Below, piece by piece: positions 14,320 through 26,328 of a stretch of 64,000 bases of DNA. The notes beneath the pieces were generated by a model. That model did no database searches, was not told where the DNA came from, and saw nothing but the letters and a program-made list of their open reading frames with translations. Every line of letters begins with the position of its first letter. The stretch's first letter is position 1. The translations under genes and the position numbers were made by a program. Source of the DNA: Takakia lepidozioides (lineage: Eukaryota; Plantae; Bryophyta); the NCBI GenBank assembly GCA_030704615.1, contig CM060732.1, positions 49,290,001-49,354,000 of the forward strand, written 5' to 3'.

Positions 14320-14575
14320 AAGCACCGAGTAGACATTGGAGACACTGGCTTAACATCAAAGCATTGGATTGACGGAGCATGAAGGACATGGAGACACCGG
14401 GTTGACATGGTGGCATGGGATACTCAAGTGAGACATGGAGCAGGCACCACGTTAACATGGATGCATCATATAGGAGGTATTGGGTGACATGGAGGCACCG
14501 GATTAACATGAAACACATGGAGGAGGCACCGGGTTAACATGGATGCATCGGGTGGACATTGAGGAAGCACTGCCA
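14320..14575. repeat. Degenerate short tandem repeat (GGAGGCACCGGGTTAACATGG-like)
   Basis: Recurrent CACCGG[GA]TTAACATG / GACATGGAG motifs. Confidence 0.6.
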
Positions 14576-14869
14576 GTTTGCAATTTCATTTCCACTGTGT
14601 ACTCCGCGGCTCCACGGCCACAAAGGCTTTCTGAGTAATAAGCTAACATGTCAGGCTCCAATGCTCGTACGCTAAAGAGCACTAAACGGAAAGTTGTGAC
14701 CGGTCACAGTATGGTGACCGAACTTTTGAAATCACGGATTTCAGCAGGGATATATGGAACCTTAAACAAAGAAGATATAAGATGTCGTGCGCATATGTAT
14801 CGCTACACAACTACATCGCTGTCCAAAACTACACCATACATATATGGACAATAAAGTGGTCTGCCACAA

Positions 14870-15308
14870 TGATAAGAGAACTAAAATCACACTGTTTACA
14901 CAAGAACATGAAATACAACACCATCACTCGTTAAACTAAGAGTAGAGCCAGGGGCACCCCAAGCTATGGGGACTCCACCCCACAACATCTTATTCTCCCT
15001 TCATAAGCACCCTCAGATTCTAAGCAGTGAATGAGCTCGATCGTGCAGGCTCAACTCGAGAAAGATGAACCGCACGACTGACGCTCTCGTGAAGATAAGA
15101 TGATTCAGGTGTCAAACTAAACTTGACACCTGACTTAACACTTGAACTAAATCCAAGTGTTAAATACAAATAACTAGCTTTATTCTAGTTAGTTTCACAC
15201 TGTGTTTATTTAACTTGACAGCTGTCGTGCGCATACGTATCGCTACACAACTACATCGTTGTCCAAAACTACACCATACATATATGGACAATAAAGTAGT
15301 CTGCCACA
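14870..15308 (-). repeat. Complete LTR as defined by PPT and PBS (TGTGGCAG...TATCA, ~439 bp)
   Basis: On the minus strand it starts TG just after a purine tract and ends CA. Its last 350 bp match 25055-25404 (~15 substitutions and 1 indel by eye). Its first ~86 bp are repeated at 14783-14868 (3 mismatches). Confidence 0.75.
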
Positions 15309-15310
15309 AT

Positions 15311-15320
15311 CGCCCCCCTA
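15311..15320 (-). other. Putative polypurine tract (PPT)
   Basis: Minus strand TAGGGGGGCG-AT-TGTGGCAG, downstream of the integrase stop and immediately before the repeat. Confidence 0.55.
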
Positions 15321-15568
15321 GCTGGTAGATAGGTCCCTTTAACTCCAGATAGCTACAAGATGTAATAGCCACAGCCATACTAAGTCCTCTATCACTGTCC
15401 ATATTGTACTCAAACTCTATAGACCAAGAGGCCGGGTACAAGAGCAGCCCCATCGTTAGTCGCCGTCTTGCAATCTGTGAACTTGAGCCAGGATCTCGTG
15501 TGTTCAAGGTCTCATAGTAACTTGGCCTTGCATTTCTTGTTAGCCTTCCATGGTTGTATCCACTCCCA

Positions 15569-18500
15569 CTATCCAATGCAATGCGGACATAACCAATCCC
15601 CATCAGGAACCATCTCAAGAGGTGGAGTCAAACATCCCATATGCCAACCTCTAGAGCATCGATCACACACTAGCATGGTGGCTGCCCTCTAGTAGACCCA
15701 CACAACATGCACCTCAAACTTGCAGGTACCACTGCCAGGTTTGGGTCAATCCTGCCATCGACATTCGGAAGGTGACATAGCGCATAATTACGCACATGGT
15801 CCTTCCAAGTCATGCCATCCTGACCCTCCAAGATCAAGACGCCTGAGGGCAATACCTCTCGAACCCTCAAAATAACACGTCCTGCAGTCACATCCAAGGT
15901 CGTAGGAGCAGTCTGCTGCAGATAGACATAGTCACCAGGGTTAAATCTCCGAACCCCAGGACGATAGCCCCCATCACGTATGGTAGCATACCTCAACGTA
16001 TCACGATGTTGTATAATGGCAAGGTTTTCGAAAGCAATGGGCATGACTTTCTTGAACAACTCTACACGCTGATCACATGCATGTGCCCACACGTCCGGAT
16101 CGTCAAGATTAAGAACTGTAGCAGCTTCTCTACGAATGGATGTAGGCAAATCCGGCTCTCAGCCAAAGAGAAGAAAGTATGGTGAGAAGGAGGCAAGTGA
16201 TGCTTGCTTGCTGAACCTGTAGCCCATGGCTAACCAGGATAACTGAAGGTCCCAATCTCCTAGGTGTCCCTTCTGCAAGCCATACTTGCGCAAATCCCTC
16301 TTTACTGTCTGAACAACCCTCTCTGCCAAGCCATCGGCCTCAGGATGATCCCGAGAAGTGGTGCGGTGGTCTACCAAAGCCTTGTCACACAAAGCCTGAA
16401 ACTCCCCCAAGAACTCTCTCCCTTGGTCCGTGAGTACCTCAGCTGGAGCACCGAATCGGCTAAGTACACAATCCAAGAATGCATACGCAGCTCCCTCACT
16501 AGCCTTATCAGGCAATGGAATCAACTCGATCCACTTGGAGAAGTGCTCCACCATCACCAACAAGTACTTGTTGTGGCGCATGGTCAGTGGCAATGGCCCT
16601 GCGAAGTCAAGACTCCACCTGTAGCCCAATCCCATGATCGGAAGAGGGTGCAATTGTGGAGTAGGGGCGTTGAATGAAGCACGCACCCTGTCACACACCA
16701 TGCACCTAGCCACAAATTGTTGCACCTCTGTGTGCATACCACGCCACCAATATTGCCCCTGCAGTAGACTATGAGTGCGTCGCACCCCAAAATGCCCCAA
16801 CTCCTCGTGGGCATGCCGCACTAACCGTGCCCGCTGTGTTGGGTGAGGCACAATCCTCACTCGACCATCATCCCACACTCGGAGCAAGTGTGTCCTCTCC
16901 CACTTGAACCTCTTGGCTCGTTGTAGGATCCGATCCATCTCCTTGGCAGTCACAGTGGCTGTCGTGTCTCCAGTGCGGAGATAGTCCAACACAGCTAAAT
17001 CCTCATGTATATCTTTGGCGTCACCTTGCTCATTGTTGGCCTAAGGGTCCTCAGACACTTGATCTATAGTCATCCCTGTTGCAGGTCCAACCTAGCCTTC
17101 CGCTGCCAAGATACACAGAAAGCAGATGCATGCAATCCGGGCACCATCTCCTCATCCGTCTCACCATGCCACCGAGCTCCAGTGTCATCCTGCTGGCTCG
17201 TGCATGGATTGCGACTCAACCCATCTGCATCCCGATTGACCAAACCCGGTCGATGCACAACCTGAAAGTCGTACTCTTGAAGGATGAGTACCAACCGTGC
17301 AAGCTTCCCCGTAAGCTTGTCTGACTCCATCAACCACTTGAGTGGTTGGTGATCCGTGACAAGGGTGAAGAGATTGCCATATAGATAGCACCTGAAGTGT
17401 GCTACGGCCCACACTGCAGCTAAGCATTCTCCCTCATATGAGCTATACTTAGACTCTGCAATGTTGTTCGAGCGGCTAGCATAAGCCACTACAAACTCTC
17501 GTCCCTCATCATCCACGTGTGTGAGCACCGCTCCAAGCCCCAGCATTCTCCAATCTGTATGCAGCTGAAAAGGAGGCCCCCTGATAGGTCGTCTCAAGAT
17601 GGGCGCCGAGGTCAACCTCGCCTTGAGCTCTTGAAAAACTTGTTCTTGCTCATCTTCCCACTACCACTCTTGGTCCACCTTGGTCAGTTTGGTTAGAGCC
17701 TTTGCAATGGCACTAAATCCCTTAACAAACCGTCTATAATAGTTTGCTAACCCCATGAAAGCTTGAACTCGGCTCACATCCGTGGGGCGTGGAATCTGTG
17801 CAATGGACTCTACCTTAGTCTACTGTACCCCCAATCCTCCAGGATATATCATGTGACCCAGATACTCAATTTGGTTGAGGAAAAACTTGCACTTCCCCGG
17901 ATGTAACTTCAATCCGTGCGCCCTCAAGCGCTCAAATACCACCTGAAGGTGTCTCTCATGCTCCTCCACCATAGCACTAAAGATGACGATGTCATCTATG
18001 TAGCACCGAGCAAACTCCACCCTTGCTAGAATTGTGTCCATGACTCTCTGAAACTCTGCAGGAGCGTTCTTAAGCCCAAATGGTAAGAACCGCCACTGGT
18101 ATAGGCAATCCTTCCCGTGCTCATTGATCCCCCAGAATGTCGTCTTCTGCTTATCCGCCTCCTTGATCGGCAACTGGTGATATCCGGATCGTAAATCCAA
18201 AGTGCTAAAGACCTTGGCATGCCCAATGGCATCAAAGATCTCTTCTGGTGTTGGCATGACATACCTATCGGACTTGGTCTGACGATTTACAGGCCGGTAA
18301 TCACCGCACATACGTCTCTCCGTCCAATTGCCATAGACATCCTTTTTGGCTGGCATCACTGTGGCTGAAGCATACTCTCCACCAGATAGCTCCACCAAAC
18401 CAGCCTCCCAGAGGTCATGAGTCCTCATCTGAATCAAGGACCTCTCCATGTCACTGTATCTATAGGGTCTCCGAAAGATTGGCGTGTCAGTGGCCAATTC

Positions 18501-21500
18501 AATGCGAATATCTTGACCCTTCACTGCTCCCAAGTCCTTCAAACTGAAGGCAAAGCACTTCCTGTAAGACCTCAAGAACCACCATATACGTCGTCTCTCT
18601 CCTCCGGTGACTATGGGTCCAACATCAGGCTCCCAATTGTCCTCCGTGACTGCAACCTTGAGTCCAGCAGGCTTAGAGGTAGAAGACGCGTCTCGTGGTT
18701 GCTATGCTGCAACCTCTTGAGCAGTGACCACTACCTACTCTGTCAGTGACAATATCTCATCCTGCCCCATCATCCCATCCTTAAGGACCTCCTCAACCCG
18801 AGAAAAATCCCCAACCTCATCCATCACCGTCGCCTTGGCTGCCAACTCCTTCTGAACCTCGAGCACCTCCCACGTGTGCCATGGATGCGGCCTGCACCTC
18901 GTGGTCCTTATCTATTCGCCCCCACTCACTGCCTATACCGTCTCGGTAGGCAGGGAGACCATCAAGGGAAGTGTACTCCGTACTCTGCTTTGCTCAGCCA
19001 TAGCCAAGCTGATAATCCAGGTCAAGCAATTGAGATCCATTGCTTGCCCCAACACCTGACGACGTGATGCCTCAGAAAGAGATGGCACCGCCATGGTATC
19101 AGTGGTAAAACCCATCGTTCGCTCGCGCTCGTTAGAATTGGGCTCCACTAATTGCTGCAACTGGCTATCCCACAAGAGGCCAGGTCGACCATCCCGGAAA
19201 GCATGAGATCCTGGAAAGCTGAGTAGTGTAGGCAATGCGGCTCGTGGGTGACCCACCTTATTGACCACTGCCAAAGGTGATTGGTCATTGTCTCTCACAC
19301 GCTGAGACTGTCTCCTTATGTCCAAAATGCTATCCACCGTCAGGTGTGGTGGCCGCTGCACCCCATCAAATGCACGCTTGAGCAGTGCAGGTGGCATCAA
19401 GTTGGTCCACCATAGTCGTGGGCGATGAGCCCGTGACCCCACTGCAGCTGCATCCAGCAACACTGCTGACCCAAGCCAAGACCGTACTTGATGTACACTG
19501 GCCATCACCTTGGCCCGAGAATCACCCATCAATGGCACATTCTCCAAGATATATGCCGAAAAGTCTGTCTGCTGAAGCTATAAATAGCGTAGGACCCTTA
19601 ACATCTCCCAAAACAGGCGTGACCTTGAGTCTTGTAACCCATTGCCATGCCTGGCTGATGAATGCCCTTGGCAGGGCCAACCTGCCACTACCAAATGAAT
19701 AGGGTCAACCCGCTCCAAATCATGCGCCCCCAGCAAAGAGATGTCTGCTGGCAATGCTTGTTGGTATCCACGAACTGCAGACACTGGCAACAAATCAGGG
19801 TACTGCTGCACCAACTGAGCAACATGGCACAGTGAGACGCGTTGTGCAGTCTCATCCCTCTCCACATACAGGTAACGTCAAACTCGTACACCTGCCTGCA
19901 GCACTGCAGCCAATCCAGTGCTGATCCCGCCAAACAAGTCCAGAAGATATATGTCTTCATCGGGGCACTGCCACACAAGAGGTGTGGTGTCCAATGGCGA
20001 CAACTGAGGTGGTCCTGGTGCAATCACCACACTCTCCTCCTCTCCTGACGGTACGAAGGCCTCTACCCAGGCTTGTTGCACCTGTCTATCAACAGCCTGC
20101 TGCAAATGCTTGCTCGTACGCCACAATGGAGTGTGAGCAACCATGGCAGGCAATTCCGCCGTACCATGCATGTCATCCTGCTCTGTTGGAGGTGGCACAT
20201 CCTCTGCATGGGCATTGCCCTCCAGCAACTCTCTAGGCCAACTAACTGCAGCTGTGAAGGCTGTTAGTGTTGGCATCTTGCCCCAATGGGCAGCAGCAAT
20301 ATCCCCAATGAACGTCATAGGGAGCTGTACATGACGACCATCCCTTGACTGCCATCCAGGCCTGTAGGATGCTGACTTCTCATAAAAATCTAGGGTAAAG
20401 ACCATGGAATACAACACTGCCCCACCAACGAGGACATCGTAAGAGATCGCGTCTGTCACAATGGCTTTGGCTCGCATCACTGAGCCATCTATAGGATGAT
20501 CCGGCTGTAGTCTAATGGCCAACTCACGCCGTGTCATGCCCCGAGCCTGCTCTGATCCTCCTAGAGATGTCTGTATCTGGAAGGGACAAGGCTCCATATC
20601 CGCCTCCATGAGGCCCAAACCTGCAATAGCGGCTTTGCCCAACATCAGTGGCTGAGCTCCCGAGTCCAACAAGACCCGCAGTAGCCAGTACCTCTTGCCT
20701 GCCGGTCCACTCAAAGAGAAAATGTCATACTGGTTGTCTAACAAGTCAACTCCAGGTGTCACCATGGCGCGCTCAAAAGCTGGCCTAGCTGGTAGCTTCG
20801 TCAACCTGGCAACTGCAGCTTGCCATGGCGCAGCCGTGGTAGTCTTGACCCTCAAATCCGAGGATCCCTCTGCCACTACACCCTCCACTAACTCCGCAGA
20901 AGATGAAGTGACCTCTCCACTCTCGCGGAGTGTTGCTGCTAGTCTGAATACTACAGCTGGTCTTACCCCCGGCGTCACAATCATGGTTGCCGAGAACAGT
21001 GGGGCTTGACACACAGAGGTGGCTACCCCCAACAACACACTGGCTGCACTAGCCTTGGCAGCAAGTATCAGTGCTGCACGTGTAGCTCTCTCCAATGGCA
21101 CAATAACGGCCTCTGTATCTGTCGGACGAAAACTAGGTGCCATGGATGTCGTCAACACTATCTCCCCCAAGATGAATGATTGAGGCAACCTAGCCTGACG
21201 GCTTGCCTTCCCACGCTGTGGATCTAACTCCACCTCTGCACCTCATGGCTCAGGAACTCGTGCTGCTCCTCGAGTGACGGCTGCAGCAGACTCCACCTGC
21301 ACTAGTGGTAGTGCTGACCCACACATAAATCCCATGCCTCCCATGTCTCCTCCGTCAGGATGACGCTGCTGAGGAGGAACAGAAGGTGGACCCTCAGGTC
21401 TTGGAGCTGGTACCACCTGAGCTGTGGCCATGGCAGCAAGCCTTTGCTCTAGTTGCTGAAGCCGGTTGGCCATGCCTTGGTCACACCAGCTGTCGAACTC

Positions 21501-21800
21501 CTGGATAAAGTCATCCAGCTCGATTGTGCCCATAGCTCCAGAGTACCTACGAGGCCCCTTGCTAGCTCCATACATCTCCTCAATGTCGTCCCACAACAAT
21601 GGCGAATGAAACTGCACACCTGTTGATGAAGCCTTCGAGTCTGTGTCTGACTCTGCACTAGTTGAGGGTGGAGGTAAAGGTGGTCTGAAACGAACACCTT
21701 GTCTGGTGAACCCACTCTCACTGCTACTGCCTGTAGCCGTACTCCCCTCAAAACCCTTAGGTAACTCCGTGATGACACTCACAACCTGCACCTCCCCCAC
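15569..21800 (-). pseudogene. gag-pol of copy 1: Gag (internally deleted)-aspartic protease-C5 DNMT-RT-RNase H-integrase-PHD; multiple stops and frameshifts
   Basis: LLDSGA (protease), LDLRSGYHQ / PFGLKNAP / YIDD (RT), TDW..GLGAVL / TDHQPL (RNase H), H-H-C-C, SLDFAGP, TDQGREF, GLAER (integrase), GPF/Y-like region, C4HC3 PHD. Start codon is GTG here and ATG in copy 2. Confidence 0.92.
19020..19960 (-). other. C5 cytosine DNA methyltransferase domain embedded in pol (copy 1)
   Basis: Motif I LLDLFGGISTG, II VERD, IV VAGWPCQGHS, VI YILENV, VIII AHRPRLWWTN, IX ERERTMGF, X RRQVLGQAM, in canonical order. Confidence 0.9.
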
Positions 21801-22320
21801 GTGACACTATAAGTCTCTAGTACTAATTCTAATAGTGACACGGGTGAGCACCTGTTGCGGATTAAGGGTCATATCCCAGTGGCTAAGGGCACCTGCACCT
21901 GCATCCACCGCAAGAACTCATATGGTTGGCTGGTCATCAACCCAGCCTCACCATAGAAGAAACACTGGTGGTCTTGCTGGTCATCACTCCAGCCTCACCA
22001 CCAACAGCATACTCTAGGATTGACCGGTGATCAAATCCGGCCTAATCCCTATGAAAGCAAGCGCCCACACAAAACCAACATGGCGCACAGTCAAGCATAC
22101 AGGTGTGGGGAGGATCCAAACACAAGAAATCAAAACATCAACACCCCCACACCAAAATCCCTCCACAGTGCTGCCCCTGCAGAATACCCCAGCCCAAAAA
22201 CCCCGGACTGACTGGCCTCCACCAATAGAGGCTTTGGCAACTACAAGTACAAAGTAATGAAAATAGTAAAGAGAGAGAGGGGAAGAATAGAGATCCGACC
22301 AAGCAAGATCTAATTCTGAT

Positions 22321-23065
22321 CTATGCTATCAACTGCCAGACTTCTCTCAAAGTGCCTTGCTCTGCATGATGGTAAGGTGTGGGAGGTATATCTATATCCA
22401 GAAACCTACCACTAACCTTATCCCAAGCTAAAGTAGCTCGCTCTAACCAACCCTCATCCTCTCTCTATCAGGTAGAGACAAAACAATACTCCCATATCTC
22501 CCGCTTACTGAACACTAAAGAAAATAAAGGTAGGGTCTGACAGTCTCTCAACTCGAAAGCTTTGAGACGGTTGTGGGTGTCATCATTGCGAATGACTGCA
22601 TCTCCTTCAAGCAGAACAAACTTTTCATTGCTAATGAACCCCCGCTCGTGGTTGCCTCGTGTAGAGCGTGTCTGGCTGCAACCATGTCTGATTGCAAAAA
22701 CTTGTGTAGCTCCTGCTCCTCTGCTCCAGTACACCACGGCCTTGTGGCTGAACACCTTGGTCCCCAGGGCTGTCTTTGGCTGTGTTCCAAACCTAGCTTC
22801 CACCCACTTTGGTATTTCACCTACAGCTGCAGAACTGCTTGCTCCAACAGAGTTTTGACTGTCCAAGGCAATATTGAAGCCCTCAACGCCAACTACAGCA
22901 GTTTGTTGTCTATTGCTAATGCCTGACTCTCAATATGCAATCAACTCGTCCAACTGCTCTCCACTCAAATCAGTCTGAGTTCCTTGAGAAACATAAATCT
23001 TGTCCCCTTGTGTGCACAAGCTAAGAAAAGAGACCTGCCATTACGTCCTCATTTCCCCCAGCCAT
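22321..23065 (-). pseudogene. ORF0 upstream of gag (~250 aa, unknown function), disrupted in copy 1
   Basis: Homologous to 58114-58852. In the segment compared, differences are synonymous. Confidence 0.6.
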
Positions 23066-25040
23066 ACAAGGAGGACATCCACATATTTGTCTGTCATGTA
23101 GACCACAACAGGTTCTAGAAACAGAATTGTGGATCTTTCATAGCACACTCACACTCAAAAAATTCCATAGATTTTTAGCAGAGTCCAAAAAACTAAAATT
23201 AGATAGGTAGATTTCCCCTTTCTGCAGCTATCCCCCCAAAATCTGAGTCAAACGGAGTCCATTTGACAAAGATACGACCAATTAGGCTCTAAATCATTTA
23301 AATTAGATCAAAAGGGGTTTTTTTTTTTTTTGGTTTTCAAATTTAAAATTCAAAGTTACACCCAAATATCTGGTAACTAGTTCTCGGTTCCCTAAATTCT
23401 ATATGGTTTCAAAGGTTCCCTGGCCACGTGCCTGTCGTTCCCCTCCATTTCATTTGAGTTCAACAGCTCACCATGCTTTGGAATCCCAACCGTCTTCTAT
23501 CACAAACCGTGGTGACGATGGAGGTTGTGGAGCTCATTTCCCCTTAGCAACACCTCACCTTGGCACCCTCACAATTTTCATCGAAGTAAAGCTGGCAAGC
23601 AAGTTCCTGCAAAGCCTGCCCCGCACACCAGCTTATCATTGTCCAAATTGAGTGATCCCCAGCTGGAACCTTTCTTCAAGCCCGTCGACTATGTGGAAAC
23701 CTTGCTGCAGTGCACAGAAGTATGAGTGCCTCGACCACTCTGCAAGGTGCCTGGTGGTGTGGCAGATTTGCCCTCTGATCCTTGCTTACTTGCTAGCTAA
23801 GGCAGCTCCTGCTCGTCGCGCTGATGTGCAGCTGCCATGGTACCCCTCTTTCCTCTACCTGCTCAGCAAGTTCAACCTCTTTTCAAAGCTTCATTTAAGC
23901 TATCTTTCCATAGTCTGCTCTTGTTGTTTCTTTACCTTTCAATGATCATTCATAGCCGGCTACCCATCCGCTTGCACGCTCAAGCTGCGTCCCTGGAGTT
24001 CTCACAGGGCACTGTCTCAACTCAGCAACGCATGTATGAACATGGTAGAGAGAAATATAAGCCAGAACACATAGCTCCATGCCATGTGGCCCCCGTCTGC
24101 TCAACTGGTCGAATATGGCTCATCACGGCACTACTACAGACCGACACCTTTGCCCCACTCACGGATCCTGCAATTGCTTGACGTTCCCCAGCTCGAGGCT
24201 TTGCACAAATCGCCCACTGTTTGTAGGCACGCCAACGCTGAAGAAGCTTCCATTTGGACTCTACCAAGGCCCTACTGCTTGTCGAAGTTGCCTTATGCAT
24301 TAGCTGATTGTCTACGAAACACAGGATGTCCACAAGTGCGCCAACGGCATCACACTCCCCGAGTGTATGTCAAGCTAACTACAAGTCTGATCACGGGCCT
24401 GTCCCCCAAGCGTCACGCCCTGATGCTTTCCTCTCTACACGGTACTTTATTATTGTGCAAATGCTCGAACTGCTCAGCATTTTTAACACGGTTCCAGCCT
24501 CCGAGCTACCTCTCGCCGTTCTCCAGCTCTCAGCTTACTTATATGTGCAATTTGGACGTTGTTCCTAGCTATGCCCGCCCTATGCTTCGCAAGCAGTTAT
24601 CAGATAAAGACTTCACACGGTTTTCGCTGCAGCCCCCCCTCTCTTCTCATAATGGGGACTGCCTTCAGCATGTGTACTCCACGATCACTATGCTCCACAA
24701 TCCACCTCGAGGTCCAAAGCCTCGGGCAAAACAGAACAAGTCTTACCCAAGAAAAGAAGTTTACCGTCAACAATTACGAGCTGATTTGTCTGCACAACTG
24801 CAGTTCCTTCTTTGTATATACAAAGCCTACGAGACTGTCCAAGCCTCCATCTCACCTCTTATTTGGCATCCTGTGTGCCTCCCGTGCACAACATCGTACC
24901 GGACTACAAACGAAACGAGCAACAATGACTTCTATCTTAACCACTCATTACGAGTTGTGCTTTCCCTACTTCAAATATCATCGACATAGTGCTAACATAA
25001 AAGAAATCTATCTACCTTAGCACTACCAAAACTAGACAGT

Positions 25041-25054
25041 TCATCTCTCTCGAG
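25041..25054 (-). other. Putative self-priming primer-binding site
   Basis: Minus strand CTCGAGAGAGATGA immediately after the LTR end TATCA, exactly complementary to LTR sequence 25240-25253. Same arrangement in copy 2. No TGG tRNA-type PBS. Confidence 0.6.
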
Positions 25055-25404
25055 TGATAAGAGAACTAAAATCACATTGTTGACACAAGAACATGAAATA
25101 CAACACCATCACTCGTTAAACTAAGAGTCGAGCCAGGGGCACCCCAAGCTATGGGGACTCCACCCCACAACATCCTATTCTCCCTTCATAAGCACACTCA
25201 GATTCTAAGCAGTGAAGGAGCTCGGTCGTGCAGGCTCAACTCGAGAGAGATGAGCCGCACGACTGATGCTCTCGTGAAGATAAGATGGTTCAGGTGTCAA
25301 GCTAAACTTGATACCTGACTTAACACTTGAATTAAATCCAAGTGTTAAATACAAATAACTAGCTTTATCTAGTTAGTTTCACACTGTGTTTATTTAACTT
25401 GATA
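25055..25404 (-). repeat. 5' LTR portion of copy 1 (lacks the first ~88 bp of the full LTR)
   Basis: Direct repeat of 14870-15220; homologous to 60922-61276. Confidence 0.88.
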
Positions 25405-25661
25405 AAGAGATCGAGCGAAGGTGAGAATCCAAAAGGAAGAAGTCAGCAAGGCCATGCTGCCACGGCTGATGTCCTTTGGATGAAATAACCTTCATCCACA
25501 GGAAGGTAATGGATGAACAGGGACGAACGAAATCTCATAGGAGCATGGGACCTGATATTCCTATGACGTCCCATGAGGGAATCAACATGAGCCCTCACAA
25601 ACACTTGATATTCCTATGACGTCCTCTATGGCAAATCTAGTCCGGATCTCCGGACACACAT

Positions 25662-25785
25662 ACGTGCCTATAACATGTCGACGTGTAAACTTGGGAAGTG
25701 TGATCGAACTCGTGCCTATAACATGTCGACCTCGTGCCTATAACATGTCGACGTGTAAACTTGGGAAGCTGTGTGATCGAACTCA
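25662..25785. repeat. Short tandem repeats (CGTGCCTATAACATGTCGAC x3)
   Basis: Motif at ~25663, 25711 and 25733; GTGTAAACTTGGGAAG..TGTGATCGAACT occurs twice. Confidence 0.8.
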
Positions 25786-26328
25786 TCATGGATGAGCCAT
25801 GGAATACAGACGCTATCATTATGACACCCAAGCAATTAGATGTCTCAAGAGAGTAAAGAGTCACAGAAGTGGGCTAAATGTAAGTAGCAAGAAAGATGGC
25901 GGGCTCCACAAGAAACGGGCTTGTATATAAATCAATTAAGGAAGATGAAGAGAGGGCACCATGTAGAAACGTTTCAACAATTTTTAGGTCCTGGCTCCCT
26001 GCTATATCCGGTCTCTCGAATGCTACCTAGTCCTTGGTCACTGATGCAGTTAGAAAGGTCCTCTCTATGTTGTGCAGTCAGTGAACCTAGAATACACATC
26101 ATTTTGCTCTAAGTTAATGCACCATTATGCTTTCTGATGATACAAGCTGCTTGGTGTTGTCTTTCTTGATCTTTCAAACTCCACCACAGGTCTGTCATGA
26201 TCAATATGAAAAGATCTAAAAGCATTTTTAATGTCCAGTTGAAGATCAGATGAATACATGCTATTTACTGTCGTAAATAACGCTGAATGATGGTCTGAAG
26301 TTCATCTACTTAGTTCTAAATTATTAAA

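Larger units (their letters stand above)
14783..25404 (-). mobile_element. Ty3/Gypsy retrotransposon copy 1 (DNMT- and PHD-carrying) with split/permuted LTR, decayed
   Basis: Termini TGTCGTG (14783) and AACTTGATA (25404; TTGACA in the other copies), flanked by a 4-bp direct repeat AAGA. Domain order PR-RT-RH-INT is Gypsy type. 350-bp repeat at 14870-15220 and 25055-25404; 88-bp repeat at 14783-14870 and 15223-15310. Confidence 0.9.

Noticed and set aside
16264-22926. Many + strand ORFs over the Gypsy elements (also 49975-58708)
   Set aside because: Antisense shadows of gag-pol and ORF0 with no independent motifs.
24084-24989. 301-aa + strand ORF
   Set aside because: GTG start, no recognisable domain, absent from copy 2; treated as unidentified cargo.
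14783-25404. DIRS/PAT/Ngaro tyrosine-recombinase element, suggested by split repeats and a methyltransferase
   Set aside because: It encodes a protease and a DDE integrase with HHCC, shows no YR motifs, has a 4-bp TSD, and its MTase is C5-type rather than Dam-like.
14649-25979. Older LTR into which Gypsy copy 1 inserted
   Set aside because: The flanks look LTR-like (tandem motifs, TATA) but no boundaries or TSD could be fixed.
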